64,000 bases of DNA from Candidatus Doudnabacteria bacterium RIFCSPHIGHO2_12_FULL_48_16 (GTDB taxonomy: Bacteria > Patescibacteriota > Doudnabacteria > UBA920 > O2-02-FULL-48-8): contig MFEY01000007.1 in assembly GCA_001780035.1 (NCBI GenBank), forward strand, positions 198,343 through 262,342. Direction: 5' to 3'. Below, in pieces: positions 36,387 to 46,567 of this stretch. Made by a program: the position numbers and the translations under genes. Positions within the stretch are counted from its first letter, which is position 1. Each line of letters starts with the position of its first letter. The notes under the pieces are model-generated. The model saw only the letters and a list, made by a program, of their open reading frames with translations. It searched no databases and was not told where the DNA came from.

Positions 36387-37634
36387 CTATGGCAAAAATG
36401 ATTTAAACCATTTGCGCATTTTGTTCACGGACTCGTGCTCCAGGAACTTGCGGGCAAATTTATTGACCGTGCGCGATGAGCCGAGCAAATATTCATTGGC
36501 CCACATGACCAGCCCGACGGCTGTGGCAAACTGCGGCTCATTGACCCGGTCCAAAACGGCGGTCACGGTGCCGGGCAAGCCAAGCGAAACAGGCAGGCGT
36601 AAATGCTTCTTGGCTAATTCTACTACACCGGGAAGTTTCGCGCCACCGCCAGTCAAAATCGCCCCCGCCGGCAGCTGGCCGTCACGGTTAATGCGTTTTA
36701 GCTCGCGGTTAACGAGGTCAAAAATCTCTTCCAACCGGGCCTCAATGATTTCCGCAATGTGTTTGATGCTGACCCGGCCCTCTTCCTGCTTGTCAATCTT
36801 GGCCAAATCGATTTCCACATCCTTTTTGACCTCGCGAGCTTCCGCGTGGCCATATTGCAACTTCACTTTTTCAGCGGTGTCAACCGAGGTGCGCAGGCCA
36901 ATCGCCAAGTCATTAGTAATGTGCATGCTACCGACTGGCAAAATCGTGCTGGCAGCCAGATCGCCTTCCTCAAACACGACGAGGCCGGTGGTGCCACCAC
37001 CGAGATCGATCAAAACCACACCCAGCTCCTTCTGTTTTTTATTCAGCACGGCCTGGGCCGAGGCCAATGGCGCCAAAACCAGATCATCGATTTCCAGTCC
37101 GGCCTGCAAAATGCATTTGGTGAGATTTTTAATAAACGGCACGGAGGCCTGAATGATCTGGCTATCGACTTCCAGGCGGATGCCGGACATGCCGACCGGA
37201 TCTTTGATGCCGGTTTGACCGTCGACAGTAAAATTTTTGGGGATAACATGTAAAATTTCCCGGTTGGCGGGAATGGAAATCGCTTGGGAGGCATCCACGA
37301 CCCGGACCACATCGGCCTCCGTGATTTCGCCGTCCGCCCGGGCCACCGCCACGACCCCGTGGCTTTCCTGGGAGGTAATCTGGGCCCCGCCGACCGAAAC
37401 CACGGCATGATCCAAAGTTAACCCCGTCATGCGCTCGGCTTTTTCCAGGGCTTCCGAAATGCTGGAAACCGCCTCATCGATGTCGACTATGACGCCGCGG
37501 CGGATGCCAGCTGAAGAGGCTTCGCCCACGCCGACAATACTGGGGCTCCCCAATTCTGATTCTTGCTTACCGACGACCACCCGGATAGTGGAGGAGCCGA
37601 CATCAAGCCCGATAAATATTTTTTCTTTCGCCAT
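36387..37634 (-). CDS. ftsA: Cell division protein FtsA
   Basis: Actin-like ATPase [17 protein letters not shown]. Immediately upstream of ftsZ. Confidence 0.9.
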   Translation of the reverse strand: MAKEKIFIGLDVGSSTIRVVVGKQESELGSPSIVGVGEASSAGIRRGVIVDIDEAVSSISEALEKAERMTGLTLDHAVVSVGGAQITSQESHGVVAVARADGEITEADVVRVVDASQAISIPANREILHVIPKNFTVDGQTGIKDPVGMSGIRLEVDSQIIQASVPFIKNLTKCILQAGLEIDDLVLAPLASAQAVLNKKQKELGVVLIDLGGGTTGLVVFEEGDLAASTILPVGSMHITNDLAIGLRTSVDTAEKVKLQYGHAEAREVKKDVEIDLAKIDKQEEGRVSIKHIAEIIEARLEEIFDLVNRELKRINRDGQLPAGAILTGGGAKLPGVVELAKKHLRLPVSLGLPGTVTAVLDRVNEPQFATAVGLVMWANEYLLGSSRTVNKFARKFLEHESVNKMRKWFKSFLP

Positions 37635-37693
37635 TTGATTTTTTCTTTTTAGATTTCCCCTCCCCTGACGAGGGGAGGGAACAAACAGTTAAA

Positions 37694-38173
37694 TTATTTT
37701 AAACGTTCTTTGACCAGTTTGGAAATTACCGAACCGTCGGCTCTTGCGCCCACTTTCGCCACCACTTCTTTCATGACTCTGCCAAAGTCGGCCTTAGTGG
37801 CATTGCCAGTCGCAATCGTCTCATCCACGATTTTCGCGACTTCTGATTCCGGCAGGGCTTGCGGTAAATATTTTTCTAAGGTCTTCATCTGAGCCTGCTC
37901 GTTGGCAACCAGATCGGCGCGGCCACCGGCGGCAAAACTTTCGATCGAATCTTTATGCTGCTTAACTTTTTTTGCAACCACTTTGAGCGCTTCGCCGTCA
38001 CTTAGCAGTTCCCGCCCACCTTCGGTGGGCGAGGCTCGCCCAGACTGCGTCTGGGCGGCAATTTCCGCATTTTTGAATGCGGCCTTCAAATTACGCAGCG
38101 CTGAAACCGCAATTTCATCTTTGGCTTTCAGCGCCGTGGTTAAATCCTGATCAATAGTTTGAATTAAGCTCAT
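37694..38173 (-). CDS. GatB/YqeY domain protein
   Basis: 159 aa helical: DLTTALKAKDEIAVSALRNLKAAFKN. Confidence 0.7.
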   Translation of the reverse strand: MSLIQTIDQDLTTALKAKDEIAVSALRNLKAAFKNAEIAAQTQSGRASPTEGGRELLSDGEALKVVAKKVKQHKDSIESFAAGGRADLVANEQAQMKTLEKYLPQALPESEVAKIVDETIATGNATKADFGRVMKEVVAKVGARADGSVISKLVKERLK

Positions 38174-38204
38174 CAGTAATCAATCTTTACGGACAGTTAA
38201 ATTT

Positions 38205-38450
38205 TTAGCGTCTCTTAAAACTTCGGGTTGGCACAAACTTGCCTTGTTTCTTCAGTTCTTCGCGCTTTTCGCGATTTTCGCTGCGGCGCTGGGCCGCTTC
38301 ACGCAATAAGTTGCGGGATTTGGCCGGCTCGAAAAAGCGGATTCGGCGGGCGCGAATCAAAACTCCGCTTTGTTGAATCTTGCGGTTAAACCGCCTCAGC
38401 AATCCTTCGAAGGATTCGCCGTCTTTTTTCTTTACTACTACCAAAATCAA
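38205..38450 (-). CDS. rpsU: 30S ribosomal protein S21
   Basis: VVKKKDGESFEGLLRRFNRKIQQSGVLIRARRIRFFEPAKSRN. Confidence 0.8.
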   Translation of the reverse strand: MILVVVKKKDGESFEGLLRRFNRKIQQSGVLIRARRIRFFEPAKSRNLLREAAQRRSENREKREELKKQGKFVPTRSFKRR

Positions 38451-38568
38451 TCACCCCTTTCTTTCCCGACGCTTCGGTCGGGACTCCGACCTCCGATATT
38501 TCGGAGCGTCGGAGAAAATTCTACGTGGAATATACCACAAAACCGCTGAATGGTCAAATATCCACAGG

Positions 38569-39849
38569 TTACCGGCCTAATCTTTTTTTGACTTCATCGA
38601 TGATCCGGTCGATCACAAACAGCTCCTGCATACCTGACCGCACGTCGCGCAAAATCACGGTGCCTTCCCGGGCTTCCTTGTGGCCGATAATCAGAGCGAT
38701 ACTGGCTTTGCTCGATTCCGCCAGCTTAAGCTGCATTTTGATCGAACTGGGACCGGAAAATTCGGAAGCGATGATATCATGATTCCACAGTTCGGTAAAA
38801 AGTTTCAACGATTTTTTCGCAGCCAGCTCCCCCAACGGCACCAGAAACACTTCGGCCCGATGTTTGGCGGCAAATTTAATCTGGGCCAATTCCAAGGCTT
38901 TAAGGATGACTTCCTGAGTGGAATCAAATCCCAAGGCCGGACAGGCCGCTCCGCCCAACGATTGGATCAGCTCGTCGGAATGACCCCCGGTCCCGAGCAC
39001 GAAATCCTGATCGGCGATCCGGCAACGCAGTTCAAACACGGTCCGACGATTCCAAGGCCGGCCGATGACATGCGGATTGAGGTTATAGCTGATAGCCAGC
39101 TCATCCAGACCTTCCAGCACCGAAATCAGCTGGGCTCGGCAAGTCTCGCATAAATAGTCGACGATCACGGGCGCGTCGGTTGTTGTTGTGGAGCAGGCTA
39201 AATTTTTGCAGGCAAAAATCTGCAGCGGGTTGCCGGCCTCGAGGTAGATCAAACAATTTTCACATAAATCGTATTTCTTGTCTTTAAAATAAATTTTGAG
39301 CTGGTCCTGATAATTGGGCTGGCATTCCACGCAGCCGACATTGTTGACTTCCAGAGAAAAATTGCTTAAACCGACTTCGGTAAACAACCGCAGTAGTAAA
39401 TTGAGGAGTTGGGCATCGCTGACCGGCGCCACGGGTCCGAAAATCTGAAAGCCAAATTCCCGATTTTGCTTTAACTCATTTTTTTCATCCCAGCAGGCGA
39501 CCAGCATATCATAATACCATTTCACCACCTTTATCGGTTCCTGTTCCTGCAGGGGCAGATATAGCCGGGCAAGGCCAAAAATGCCGGCCGGAGCGGCAGC
39601 AATGCTGGGGCCTTTGGTTTGCAGAAAATTCAGCAACTGGCAGCCGACTTTGGACCAAAAGCCGAACAGCCGCGAGTCCTCGAACATCGGCGTCTGCACC
39701 TGACTAAAACCAAAAGTGCGCGAAAGCGCCACCACTTTCTCCCAAAATCCTTCCCAAGACATAAACTGGTCCTGACCCAGGTCAAAACTGCCGGGCAATC
39801 GATGAGGGGCTTTTTCAACATTTGGAGTTGGTTTTTTGGGGCGGCCCAT
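38569..39849 (-). CDS. Divergent histidyl-tRNA synthetase paralog with zinc-ribbon insertion
   Basis: HisRS-like N-terminus (ALSRTFGFSQVQTPMFEDSRLF), relic motif 2 (NREFGFQIFG), Cys cluster CVEC..C..C...C..C, and HisRS-type anticodon-binding domain (ALIIGHKEAREGTVILRDVRSG). Confidence 0.55.
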   Translation of the reverse strand: MGRPKKPTPNVEKAPHRLPGSFDLGQDQFMSWEGFWEKVVALSRTFGFSQVQTPMFEDSRLFGFWSKVGCQLLNFLQTKGPSIAAAPAGIFGLARLYLPLQEQEPIKVVKWYYDMLVACWDEKNELKQNREFGFQIFGPVAPVSDAQLLNLLLRLFTEVGLSNFSLEVNNVGCVECQPNYQDQLKIYFKDKKYDLCENCLIYLEAGNPLQIFACKNLACSTTTTDAPVIVDYLCETCRAQLISVLEGLDELAISYNLNPHVIGRPWNRRTVFELRCRIADQDFVLGTGGHSDELIQSLGGAACPALGFDSTQEVILKALELAQIKFAAKHRAEVFLVPLGELAAKKSLKLFTELWNHDIIASEFSGPSSIKMQLKLAESSKASIALIIGHKEAREGTVILRDVRSGMQELFVIDRIIDEVKKRLGR

Positions 39850-39938
39850 AATAAAAAGTAAAAAGTTAGAAATAAAAAGTCAAAACTTCCAGTTTATTTT
39901 ACTTTTGTTTTACTTTTTACTTTTTCCCTTTTACTTTG

Positions 39939-40571
39939 CTAAAAGCTATACGCTGGAGTTTTAGTGTATACCTCAAACTCGTTTAATGGCAAGGCCCGCA
40001 AAAACACCTTTCCGATGATATTGGACCGCTTGAGCACGCCCCAATCACGCGAATCCGATGACGCCAGGCGGTTATCGCCCATGACGAAATATTCGTCATC
40101 GCCAATGGTCAAGACATTCTTGCCACCGACCACGGCCGCGTCATGCGGAAAGGTCAATCCTTGATTGGACAAATAAGACTCATCCAGCGGCGCTCCTTCC
40201 GGGTTGCCCGGCGAAAAAATTATTACCTTACCGTTGTCAATTTCCACCCGTTCATGCGGCAGGCCGATCACCCGCTTGATAAAAAATTGTTTGGGATCTT
40301 TCGGATAGCGCAGGACGACCACTTGGCCACGGCTTGGATTGCCGAAATGATAAGTCAGTTCGTCAATGACCAAATATTGGCCGTTTTGGAAATTGGGTTC
40401 CATACTAGAACCGGAAACAATAAACGGCTGAAAAATAAAATAGCGAATCGGGACGATAATTGCCAGGGCAATGATCACTATTTTCAAAAAATCCCAGATG
40501 AACAGAAGGCCCGAAACAAATGTGCCGGAGGAGGGGTTTTGATTTTCTGGATTGGACTCGTTTGGAGACAT
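39939..40571 (-). CDS. lepB: Signal peptidase I
   Basis: GSSMEPNFQNGQYLV (Ser box), GDNRLASSDSRDWG. Confidence 0.9.
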   Translation of the reverse strand: MSPNESNPENQNPSSGTFVSGLLFIWDFLKIVIIALAIIVPIRYFIFQPFIVSGSSMEPNFQNGQYLVIDELTYHFGNPSRGQVVVLRYPKDPKQFFIKRVIGLPHERVEIDNGKVIIFSPGNPEGAPLDESYLSNQGLTFPHDAAVVGGKNVLTIGDDEYFVMGDNRLASSDSRDWGVLKRSNIIGKVFLRALPLNEFEVYTKTPAYSF

Positions 40572-40583
40572 AAAATTATTTTA

Positions 40584-40660
40584 TGGTGGATGATAGTGGA
40601 CTCGAACCACTGACCTCGTCGATGTGAACGACGCGCTCTAACCAGCTGAGCTAATCATCC
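40584..40660 (-). tRNA. tRNA-Val (anticodon CAC)
   Basis: Reverse complement GGATGATTAGCTCAGCTGGTTAGAGCGCGTCGTTCACATCGACGAGGTCAGTGGTTCGAGTCCACTATCATCCACCA. Anticodon loop TTCACAT. Confidence 0.85.
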
Positions 40661-40864
40661 AAATGTAAGATAAGGCTGCCGCCTCACTTTGTGAGGCGAG
40701 CCTCGCCCAACTGAAGTTGGGCGGAAGCTAACCGCCCGCATAACAAAGGACTTCATAAGCTTAACAAAGAAGGGGCGTGCCCGCAACGCCTGAGTCCCGC
40801 CGCGGCGGGACAATGGCGGGCGGGTGGAAAATCAATACTCTTTCCGGTATAATAACTTGGCATT

Positions 40865-42367
40865 ATGCCAAACTTTGATGTCATCAAACCCAATGGGATC
40901 AGACCGCCGGCTGGTTCCAATTTTACGCCGCCCCGCAAGAGGCGGTTTCGCAAATTGAAGTGGCTTTTGGTCGTGGTGATTTTATTGACTCTTGGCCTCT
41001 GGGGTGTAACCCGGGTTTTTTCCCGAACCAATCAAATCTTTACCAGTAAACAAAATATCTTTACCCGGATCGGGAATCTGATCATCAGCCCGGATCGGCC
41101 TTTAATCGGAGAAGAAGACGGCGCGGTTAACATTCTGCTTATGGGCATCGGCGGCGAGGGCCACGATGGCGCGCATCTGGCCGACACGATGATCGTCGCC
41201 AGCATTGATCTCAAGAGCCACGAGGTCGTGCTGACTTCGATCCCGCGTGATTTTGCCTTAGTTCTGCCCAAAGTCGGCTACAATAAAATCAACGCCGCTT
41301 ATGCTTACGGTTACCGCGATGATCCGAATACAGCCGGCGATGCCGCGATTTGGGCGGCGCAGGAAGTCACCGGCCTGACCATCCCTTACTACGCTGTGAT
41401 TGATTTCCAAGGATTTGTCAAAGCGGTTAACGATGTCGGCGGAGTTGACGTCGTGATCGATAATACATTTACCGATACAACATTCCCCAATGATTACCCC
41501 AACGATACCAAAGGCTATCTCTCTCCCGTGACTTTTGCCAAAGGCCCGGCCCATATGGACGGCCGCACGGCGCTGATTTTTGCTCGCTCCCGCCACAGCG
41601 AAAACAACAACGAAGGATCGGATTTTGCCCGGTCGGAACGCCAGAAAAAAATCATCACCGCGCTCAAGGAGCGGGTTTTGTCCCTTAATTTGACTGATCT
41701 GGCCACCATTAACAATTTACTGGCCGATTTTTCCGACAATTTCCGCACCAATCTCGAACCTTACGAAATGAAACGCCTGGCCGATCTGGCCAAAGAGACC
41801 GCCAGTGACGCTATCTACTCGTTCTCCCTGGAACCGCAGACCAATCTGATTTGTTCCGAGCTCGTCGACGCCAACACGGGCAAACACATTGTGGTGCCGG
41901 CCAAACCGGCGCCAGAAACCCCAACCGCAACTGAGACACTCGCAACAAAGCCCACGGCCCCTGCTCCGGATTCGGCCCCGGCAGAGCCGCAGGTCGTGCC
42001 AATGTATGTTATTCATCCCTGCGTCGGCAAAACGCTCGGGGACATCCACGAATTCGTGCGCCTGGCTCCGATTTTGGCCAAGCTTAGAAAAGAAGCGGCC
42101 AGCCTTGAACTCCAAAACTCCGTCGGCAAAACCGGTTTGGCCAACAAGCTCTTCGGCCCGCTGGCCGACTTTGGGGTAGTCATTAAATACACGACCTTCC
42201 AGGGCAAGGTTCCCTACGAACAAACTCTGCTTTACGATAATTCCCATAACGGCAAACCGCAGACCCTGGAATATTTAAAATCAAATTTCCGGTTGAATTT
42301 GTCAGACGTCAACTACCCGGCCAGTCCGGCCGACTTTGTCATTATTATCGGAAAGGATAATTTGTGA
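40865..42367 (+). CDS. LCP (LytR-CpsA-Psr) family cell-envelope protein with Pro/Thr-rich linker
   Basis: N-terminal TM. ILLMGIGGEGHDGAHLADTMIVASID...TSIPRD LCP core. PAKPAPETPTATE linker. Confidence 0.8.
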   Translation: MPNFDVIKPNGIRPPAGSNFTPPRKRRFRKLKWLLVVVILLTLGLWGVTRVFSRTNQIFTSKQNIFTRIGNLIISPDRPLIGEEDGAVNILLMGIGGEGHDGAHLADTMIVASIDLKSHEVVLTSIPRDFALVLPKVGYNKINAAYAYGYRDDPNTAGDAAIWAAQEVTGLTIPYYAVIDFQGFVKAVNDVGGVDVVIDNTFTDTTFPNDYPNDTKGYLSPVTFAKGPAHMDGRTALIFARSRHSENNNEGSDFARSERQKKIITALKERVLSLNLTDLATINNLLADFSDNFRTNLEPYEMKRLADLAKETASDAIYSFSLEPQTNLICSELVDANTGKHIVVPAKPAPETPTATETLATKPTAPAPDSAPAEPQVVPMYVIHPCVGKTLGDIHEFVRLAPILAKLRKEAASLELQNSVGKTGLANKLFGPLADFGVVIKYTTFQGKVPYEQTLLYDNSHNGKPQTLEYLKSNFRLNLSDVNYPASPADFVIIIGKDNL

Positions 42368-43686
42368 GAATTCCCCTGGTTGCCATCATTGGATCGCCCA
42401 ATTCCGGCAAATCGACTTTCTTCAACAAAGTTCTGGAAGAACGCAAGGCTCTGACCTACCCGGAAGCCGGCACCACCCGCGACCGGGCCTATGGTCTGGC
42501 CGCCTGGAACGGCCTGTCGTTTTATCTGATCGACACCGCCGGAATTATCGGCAATCCGGATTCTGATCTGGAAAAAAACGTGCAGAAACAAACCCAAATC
42601 GCGCGCGACGAAGCGGATTTGATCTTATACATCGTCGACGGGCAAACTCCGGTGGGCTCGGAAGACCTACGGGTTGCAGCGCAGCTGAAGCAAACCAAAA
42701 AGCCGATTGTCTTGGCCGTCAACAAGATTGATACCCGCAACGCCAAAACCGAAACCGCGGCCAGCGGCTATTTAAAACTCGGCCTGGGGGAAACCTATGC
42801 CATGTCCTCGATCAACGGCGCTGGCATCGGCGACCTGCTGGATGCCGTGGTGGCTGAACTTAAAAAACAATTTGACGCCGCCGATAAAAATCAAGAAGAG
42901 GGTTTGCGCATTGCCTTTGTCGGCAAGCCCAATGTCGGCAAATCATCTTTGATTAACGCCCTCTTAAAGCAAGAGCGGCTGATCACCTCGCCGATTGCGG
43001 GCACCACCCGCTCCACCGTAGAAGTGCCGTTCGAGCATGGCGGACAAAAATTCATTTTGCTCGATACCGCCGGGATTAAAAAGAAATGGAACCAGGATTC
43101 GGACGTGGCGGCAGCCGCGGCCATGCAGTCGATCCGCACCATCAGCCAGGCTGATGTGATCTTCTTTACGGTCGATGCCAGCCAAGAACTCTCGGTCCAG
43201 GACCAGATTATCGCGGAGCAAATTCTGGATGCCCAAAAAAGCTGCGTCGTGGCGCTCAATAAAATTGATTTGCTCGCCCCCAATGACCAGCAAAGGCTAC
43301 TCGATACCTTGCCGGACTATCTGCCTCAAATGTGGTATTTGCCGGTCCTGTTTATTTCCGCCAAAACTTCCCAGGGCCTCGACCTTCTGTTAAAATTCGC
43401 CATAGAGGCGCACCGGGCGGCTAGGCGCGAAATCGACCCGGACGAACTCGACGCTTTTCTCGAAAAAATCACCAAAGAGAGTATGCCGGGCAAGATGGAA
43501 GATCAGCGCGCGCCGAAAATCTATAACCTTAAGCAAATCGGCACTGCGCCGCCGACCTTCAAAATGACCGTCAATTTTCCGGCGGCCATCGCCACCGCCT
43601 GGAAAAGATGGTTCGAAAAACAATTCCGCCTGAAATTCGGCCTGGAGGGCACGCCGATTGAAATTAGATATACTAAGAAAAATTAA
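42364..43686 (+). CDS. der: Ribosome-associated GTPase Der (EngA)
   Basis: Two G domains (GSPNSGKST; GKPNVGKSS) plus KH-like C-terminus. GTG start overlapping the LCP stop. Confidence 0.9.
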   Translation: MRIPLVAIIGSPNSGKSTFFNKVLEERKALTYPEAGTTRDRAYGLAAWNGLSFYLIDTAGIIGNPDSDLEKNVQKQTQIARDEADLILYIVDGQTPVGSEDLRVAAQLKQTKKPIVLAVNKIDTRNAKTETAASGYLKLGLGETYAMSSINGAGIGDLLDAVVAELKKQFDAADKNQEEGLRIAFVGKPNVGKSSLINALLKQERLITSPIAGTTRSTVEVPFEHGGQKFILLDTAGIKKKWNQDSDVAAAAAMQSIRTISQADVIFFTVDASQELSVQDQIIAEQILDAQKSCVVALNKIDLLAPNDQQRLLDTLPDYLPQMWYLPVLFISAKTSQGLDLLLKFAIEAHRAARREIDPDELDAFLEKITKESMPGKMEDQRAPKIYNLKQIGTAPPTFKMTVNFPAAIATAWKRWFEKQFRLKFGLEGTPIEIRYTKKN

Positions 43687-43687
43687 C

Positions 43688-43746
43688 GCAATGCTGAACT
43701 TGTTTCAGCATCTCGGAAATAGATCCTGACTTTCGTCAGGATTGCG
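43688..43746 (+). repeat. Two-hairpin structured repeat element, copy B
   Basis: gcaatGCTGAACttgttTCAGCatctcggaaatagatCCTGACtttcgTCAGGattgcg, between der and pth. Confidence 0.6.
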
Positions 43747-43754
43747 AAAACTCT

Positions 43755-44294
43755 ATGTTTCTCATTATAGGTTTGGGCAATCCGGGCAACAAATACGGGC
43801 GAACCCGCCATAACCTGGGCTTTGCCGTCTTGGACTTGCTCTCCGGCGGCGCGGCTTGGAACAATAAATATGATTCCCAATTCATAAAGCTCGATGATGT
43901 CATCCTGGCTAAGCCCCAAACGTTTATGAACAAATCCGGGAAGGCGGTGAAAGAAATCATGAAATTTTATCCGGACGCGACTTTGGTGATCGTGCATGAT
44001 GATCTGGATTTCCCGCTCGGTGCCATCCGGATCCAAAAAAACGCCTCGGCCGCCGGCCACAACGGGGTGCAGAACATCATTGATGAACTGGGCACCCAAA
44101 ACTTTATCCGAATTCGGCTGGGCATTGATAACCCGGAACTGCGTGGTTTAATGCCGGGTGAAGATTTTGTCTTACAAAAATTTATGGCCCAAGAAGAGCC
44201 ACTAATGAAAGAAGTTTTGGAAAAAGCCAAACAAGCGGTGGAGGTGCTGCAAACCGAAGGGTTGGAAATTGCGCAGTCCAAATACAATGGATAA
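43755..44294 (+). CDS. pth: Peptidyl-tRNA hydrolase
   Basis: MFLIIGLGNPGNKYGRTRHNLGF, HNG catalytic region. Confidence 0.9.
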   Translation: MFLIIGLGNPGNKYGRTRHNLGFAVLDLLSGGAAWNNKYDSQFIKLDDVILAKPQTFMNKSGKAVKEIMKFYPDATLVIVHDDLDFPLGAIRIQKNASAAGHNGVQNIIDELGTQNFIRIRLGIDNPELRGLMPGEDFVLQKFMAQEEPLMKEVLEKAKQAVEVLQTEGLEIAQSKYNG

Positions 44295-44767
44295 TCGCTT
44301 TAACGCCTCACCCTATGTGAGGCGTTAAATTTAGCCAAAAGGAAGAGCCGCCGGTGACAATTGGAGAAGTTGTCACCTGCGGCCCGGAAAAACTGGTGCG
44401 GTGAGGCGGAGATTACGAATCGAGTTTGCCGACCCGGCGCACGTCGATGCCCAGGTCGATCGAACCCGAATGGCTGAGTGGCGGGAGCGGAGCCGGAGCC
44501 GGCTGCAAGCGCGGCGGGTTTGACGCCTGCCAGACCGTGGGGTCCGGCTTGCGTTCGAGACTCTGCTGGCCGCCCTTGCGCCCGGATTGCGGCTGAGACT
44601 TGCTCAGCACCTTTCGCGCGATTACCCGGTCAAAACCCGCAAGCTGTCCCACCCTAAAAAAATATCTTGCCACGATGGCCTCCAAACGATACCTACCTGG
44701 TTGATGTTAACGGCCGGGGAAACAGCCGTTTTGGGAAAGTCCGATTGGCCGAACCGGACTGGCGGGA

Positions 44768-45124
44768 CTACCAGAGCGCGGTCAAAAATCGGATCGGCTT
44801 TCGAACCAGCCGGCTGATCCGATCCCAGAAATGTCCGCCGGAGCGGATTAGACGGTTGGAGCTGAATGCCCATCTCGGCGGGGGCGGCGGTATCGGCACA
44901 TATTGATAACCGCGACCCGCAGGCAGGCTAGCCACCGGATCATCCTCTTGATCCGAAATTCGGGCGCCCGCCATAAACGAGATCAGGCCGAGTCCAACTC
45001 CGACCATGGCCAACAACAAACCGGCCACGACCTGCACCTGCAGACAGAAATAGATCGCCGAGAGCGCCAACCCAAGCAGGAGGGCGCAAAAACAGACAGC
45101 TCGGATAAAATCCTTATGCCTCAT
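44768..45124 (-). CDS. Possible two-TM membrane protein with Pro-rich tail (GC-rich region)
   Basis: MRHKDFIRAVCFCALLLGLALSAIYF...VAGLLLAMVGVGLGLISFMAGA...PIPPPPPRW. Weak support. Confidence 0.3.
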   Translation of the reverse strand: MRHKDFIRAVCFCALLLGLALSAIYFCLQVQVVAGLLLAMVGVGLGLISFMAGARISDQEDDPVASLPAGRGYQYVPIPPPPPRWAFSSNRLIRSGGHFWDRISRLVRKPIRFLTALW

Positions 45125-45431
45125 CGAAACCCTCCAGTCTCGATTGGAAAATGACGTTACAAAAAAATGCACCACGGGCTAATTCCCACAATGCACCTTA
45201 ACGTCCTTGACCCTACCTATAAGCGCAAGACCTATGCGGAAAACCGCACCAGCCTTAACTTGTGGTTACTCGGAAACAATAGGAGGGATGCTGTTTCCTT
45301 TCGCCGCTTGCTAGGTAGGATCAAAGACGCTAGCTATAAAATATTGTAAAATCAATACTGTATAATAGCTTAACGCTAATTAGCCAGCATGACAAGCAAT
45401 CTTAGCAAAAACCGCAAGTTTTGTCAACACT

Positions 45432-46529
45432 ATGGCCGCTAACCCGATCGCCAATAAAATTTTTGGAAACGGCTTTAACCTGATCCCGCAGATCGGCCCG
45501 GTGAGCCTCCTGCGGCTGTTTAAGCACTTCGGCGGATTTGAACCGGCCTGGTTCGCTGCACAAGCGGAATATTTGCACGCTGGCATTTCACAAAAACTGG
45601 CTCAGATCATCCGTGACAAAAAACCGCAGATCAATCCGGAGTTGGCGTTCGCGGAATTAACCCGCCGGCAGATTGAAGTGTTGACGATTGGCGAAGTCGG
45701 TTATCCCCCGCTGCTTAAGGAAGTCGCGGCCGCGCCGCCGGTCCTCTATGTTCGCGGCAACCAACAGATCCTCACTGCAGCGAGCGTGGCCGTGGTCGGC
45801 ACCCGCAAAATAACCAGCTACGGCCAGCAAGCCTGCCAAGAGCTAATCACCGGCCTGGTTCAAAACAACCTCAGCATTGTCTCGGGGCTGGCATTCGGCG
45901 TCGATGCCCAGGCGCTCAGCGTTTGCGTAGCGGAAGGCGGCATTCCGGTGGCCGTGCTGGCCTCGGATTTGGACAACAGCAGTATTTCCCCGCGCAGTAA
46001 TTTCCAGCTGGCGCAAAAAGTCGTGGAGCGCGGCTGCCTGGTCTCGGAATATCCGCTCGGTATGGTGGTGCAGAAACAAAATTTTCCCATCCGCAACCGG
46101 ATCATCTCCGCCTTGAGTTTAGGCACGCTGGTGATCGAAGCTGACATGGAAAGCGGCTCGCTGATTACCGCCAACTTTGCCCTGGAGCAAAATCGGGAGG
46201 TCTTTGCCGTGCCCGGCTCGATTTTTTCCCAGAGCAGCCGCGGCACCAATGCTCTGATCAAAAAAGGAGCCAAACTGGTGGCACGAGTTAATGATATTCT
46301 GGAAGAATTTGACATCACGAGCGCCAACCCGGCACCGATTGATCTCTCCGCCACGCCCCAAGAGCAAACCGTGCTCGATGTTTTGGCCAAAGAACCCATC
46401 CATATTGATGATTTAATCAAACTCCTCAAGCTTCGACCGGCAGATCTTAATTCCTTGTTAACCATGCTGGAAATGAAAGGCCGGGTAAAAAATTTAGGCG
46501 GCGGCAAGTATGCCAAAGTGAGGGGGTAA
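45432..46529 (+). CDS. dprA: DNA processing protein DprA (Smf)
   Basis: Rossmann-like LAFGVDAQALSV...AVPGSIFSQSSRGTNALIKKGAKLV. Confidence 0.85.
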   Translation: MAANPIANKIFGNGFNLIPQIGPVSLLRLFKHFGGFEPAWFAAQAEYLHAGISQKLAQIIRDKKPQINPELAFAELTRRQIEVLTIGEVGYPPLLKEVAAAPPVLYVRGNQQILTAASVAVVGTRKITSYGQQACQELITGLVQNNLSIVSGLAFGVDAQALSVCVAEGGIPVAVLASDLDNSSISPRSNFQLAQKVVERGCLVSEYPLGMVVQKQNFPIRNRIISALSLGTLVIEADMESGSLITANFALEQNREVFAVPGSIFSQSSRGTNALIKKGAKLVARVNDILEEFDITSANPAPIDLSATPQEQTVLDVLAKEPIHIDDLIKLLKLRPADLNSLLTMLEMKGRVKNLGGGKYAKVRG

Positions 46530-46567
46530 ACTTGACAAAAGGAAATTAAATCGTAAAGATTAATGGC

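Noticed and set aside
40661-40864. Possible RNase P / tmRNA / SRP RNA in the hairpin-rich region next to tRNA-Val
   Set aside because: None of the conserved boxes (GGAAAGTCCGG for RNase P, the tmRNA tag-reading frame or terminal GGGGGTTCAAATCCCC, SRP AGGAAGCAGCC) are present. Treated as structured promoter/leader only.
40753-41031. 92-aa minus-strand ORF overlapping the LCP gene start
   Set aside because: Overlaps a confident plus-strand gene and a hairpin-rich leader. Arg-rich, no RBS.
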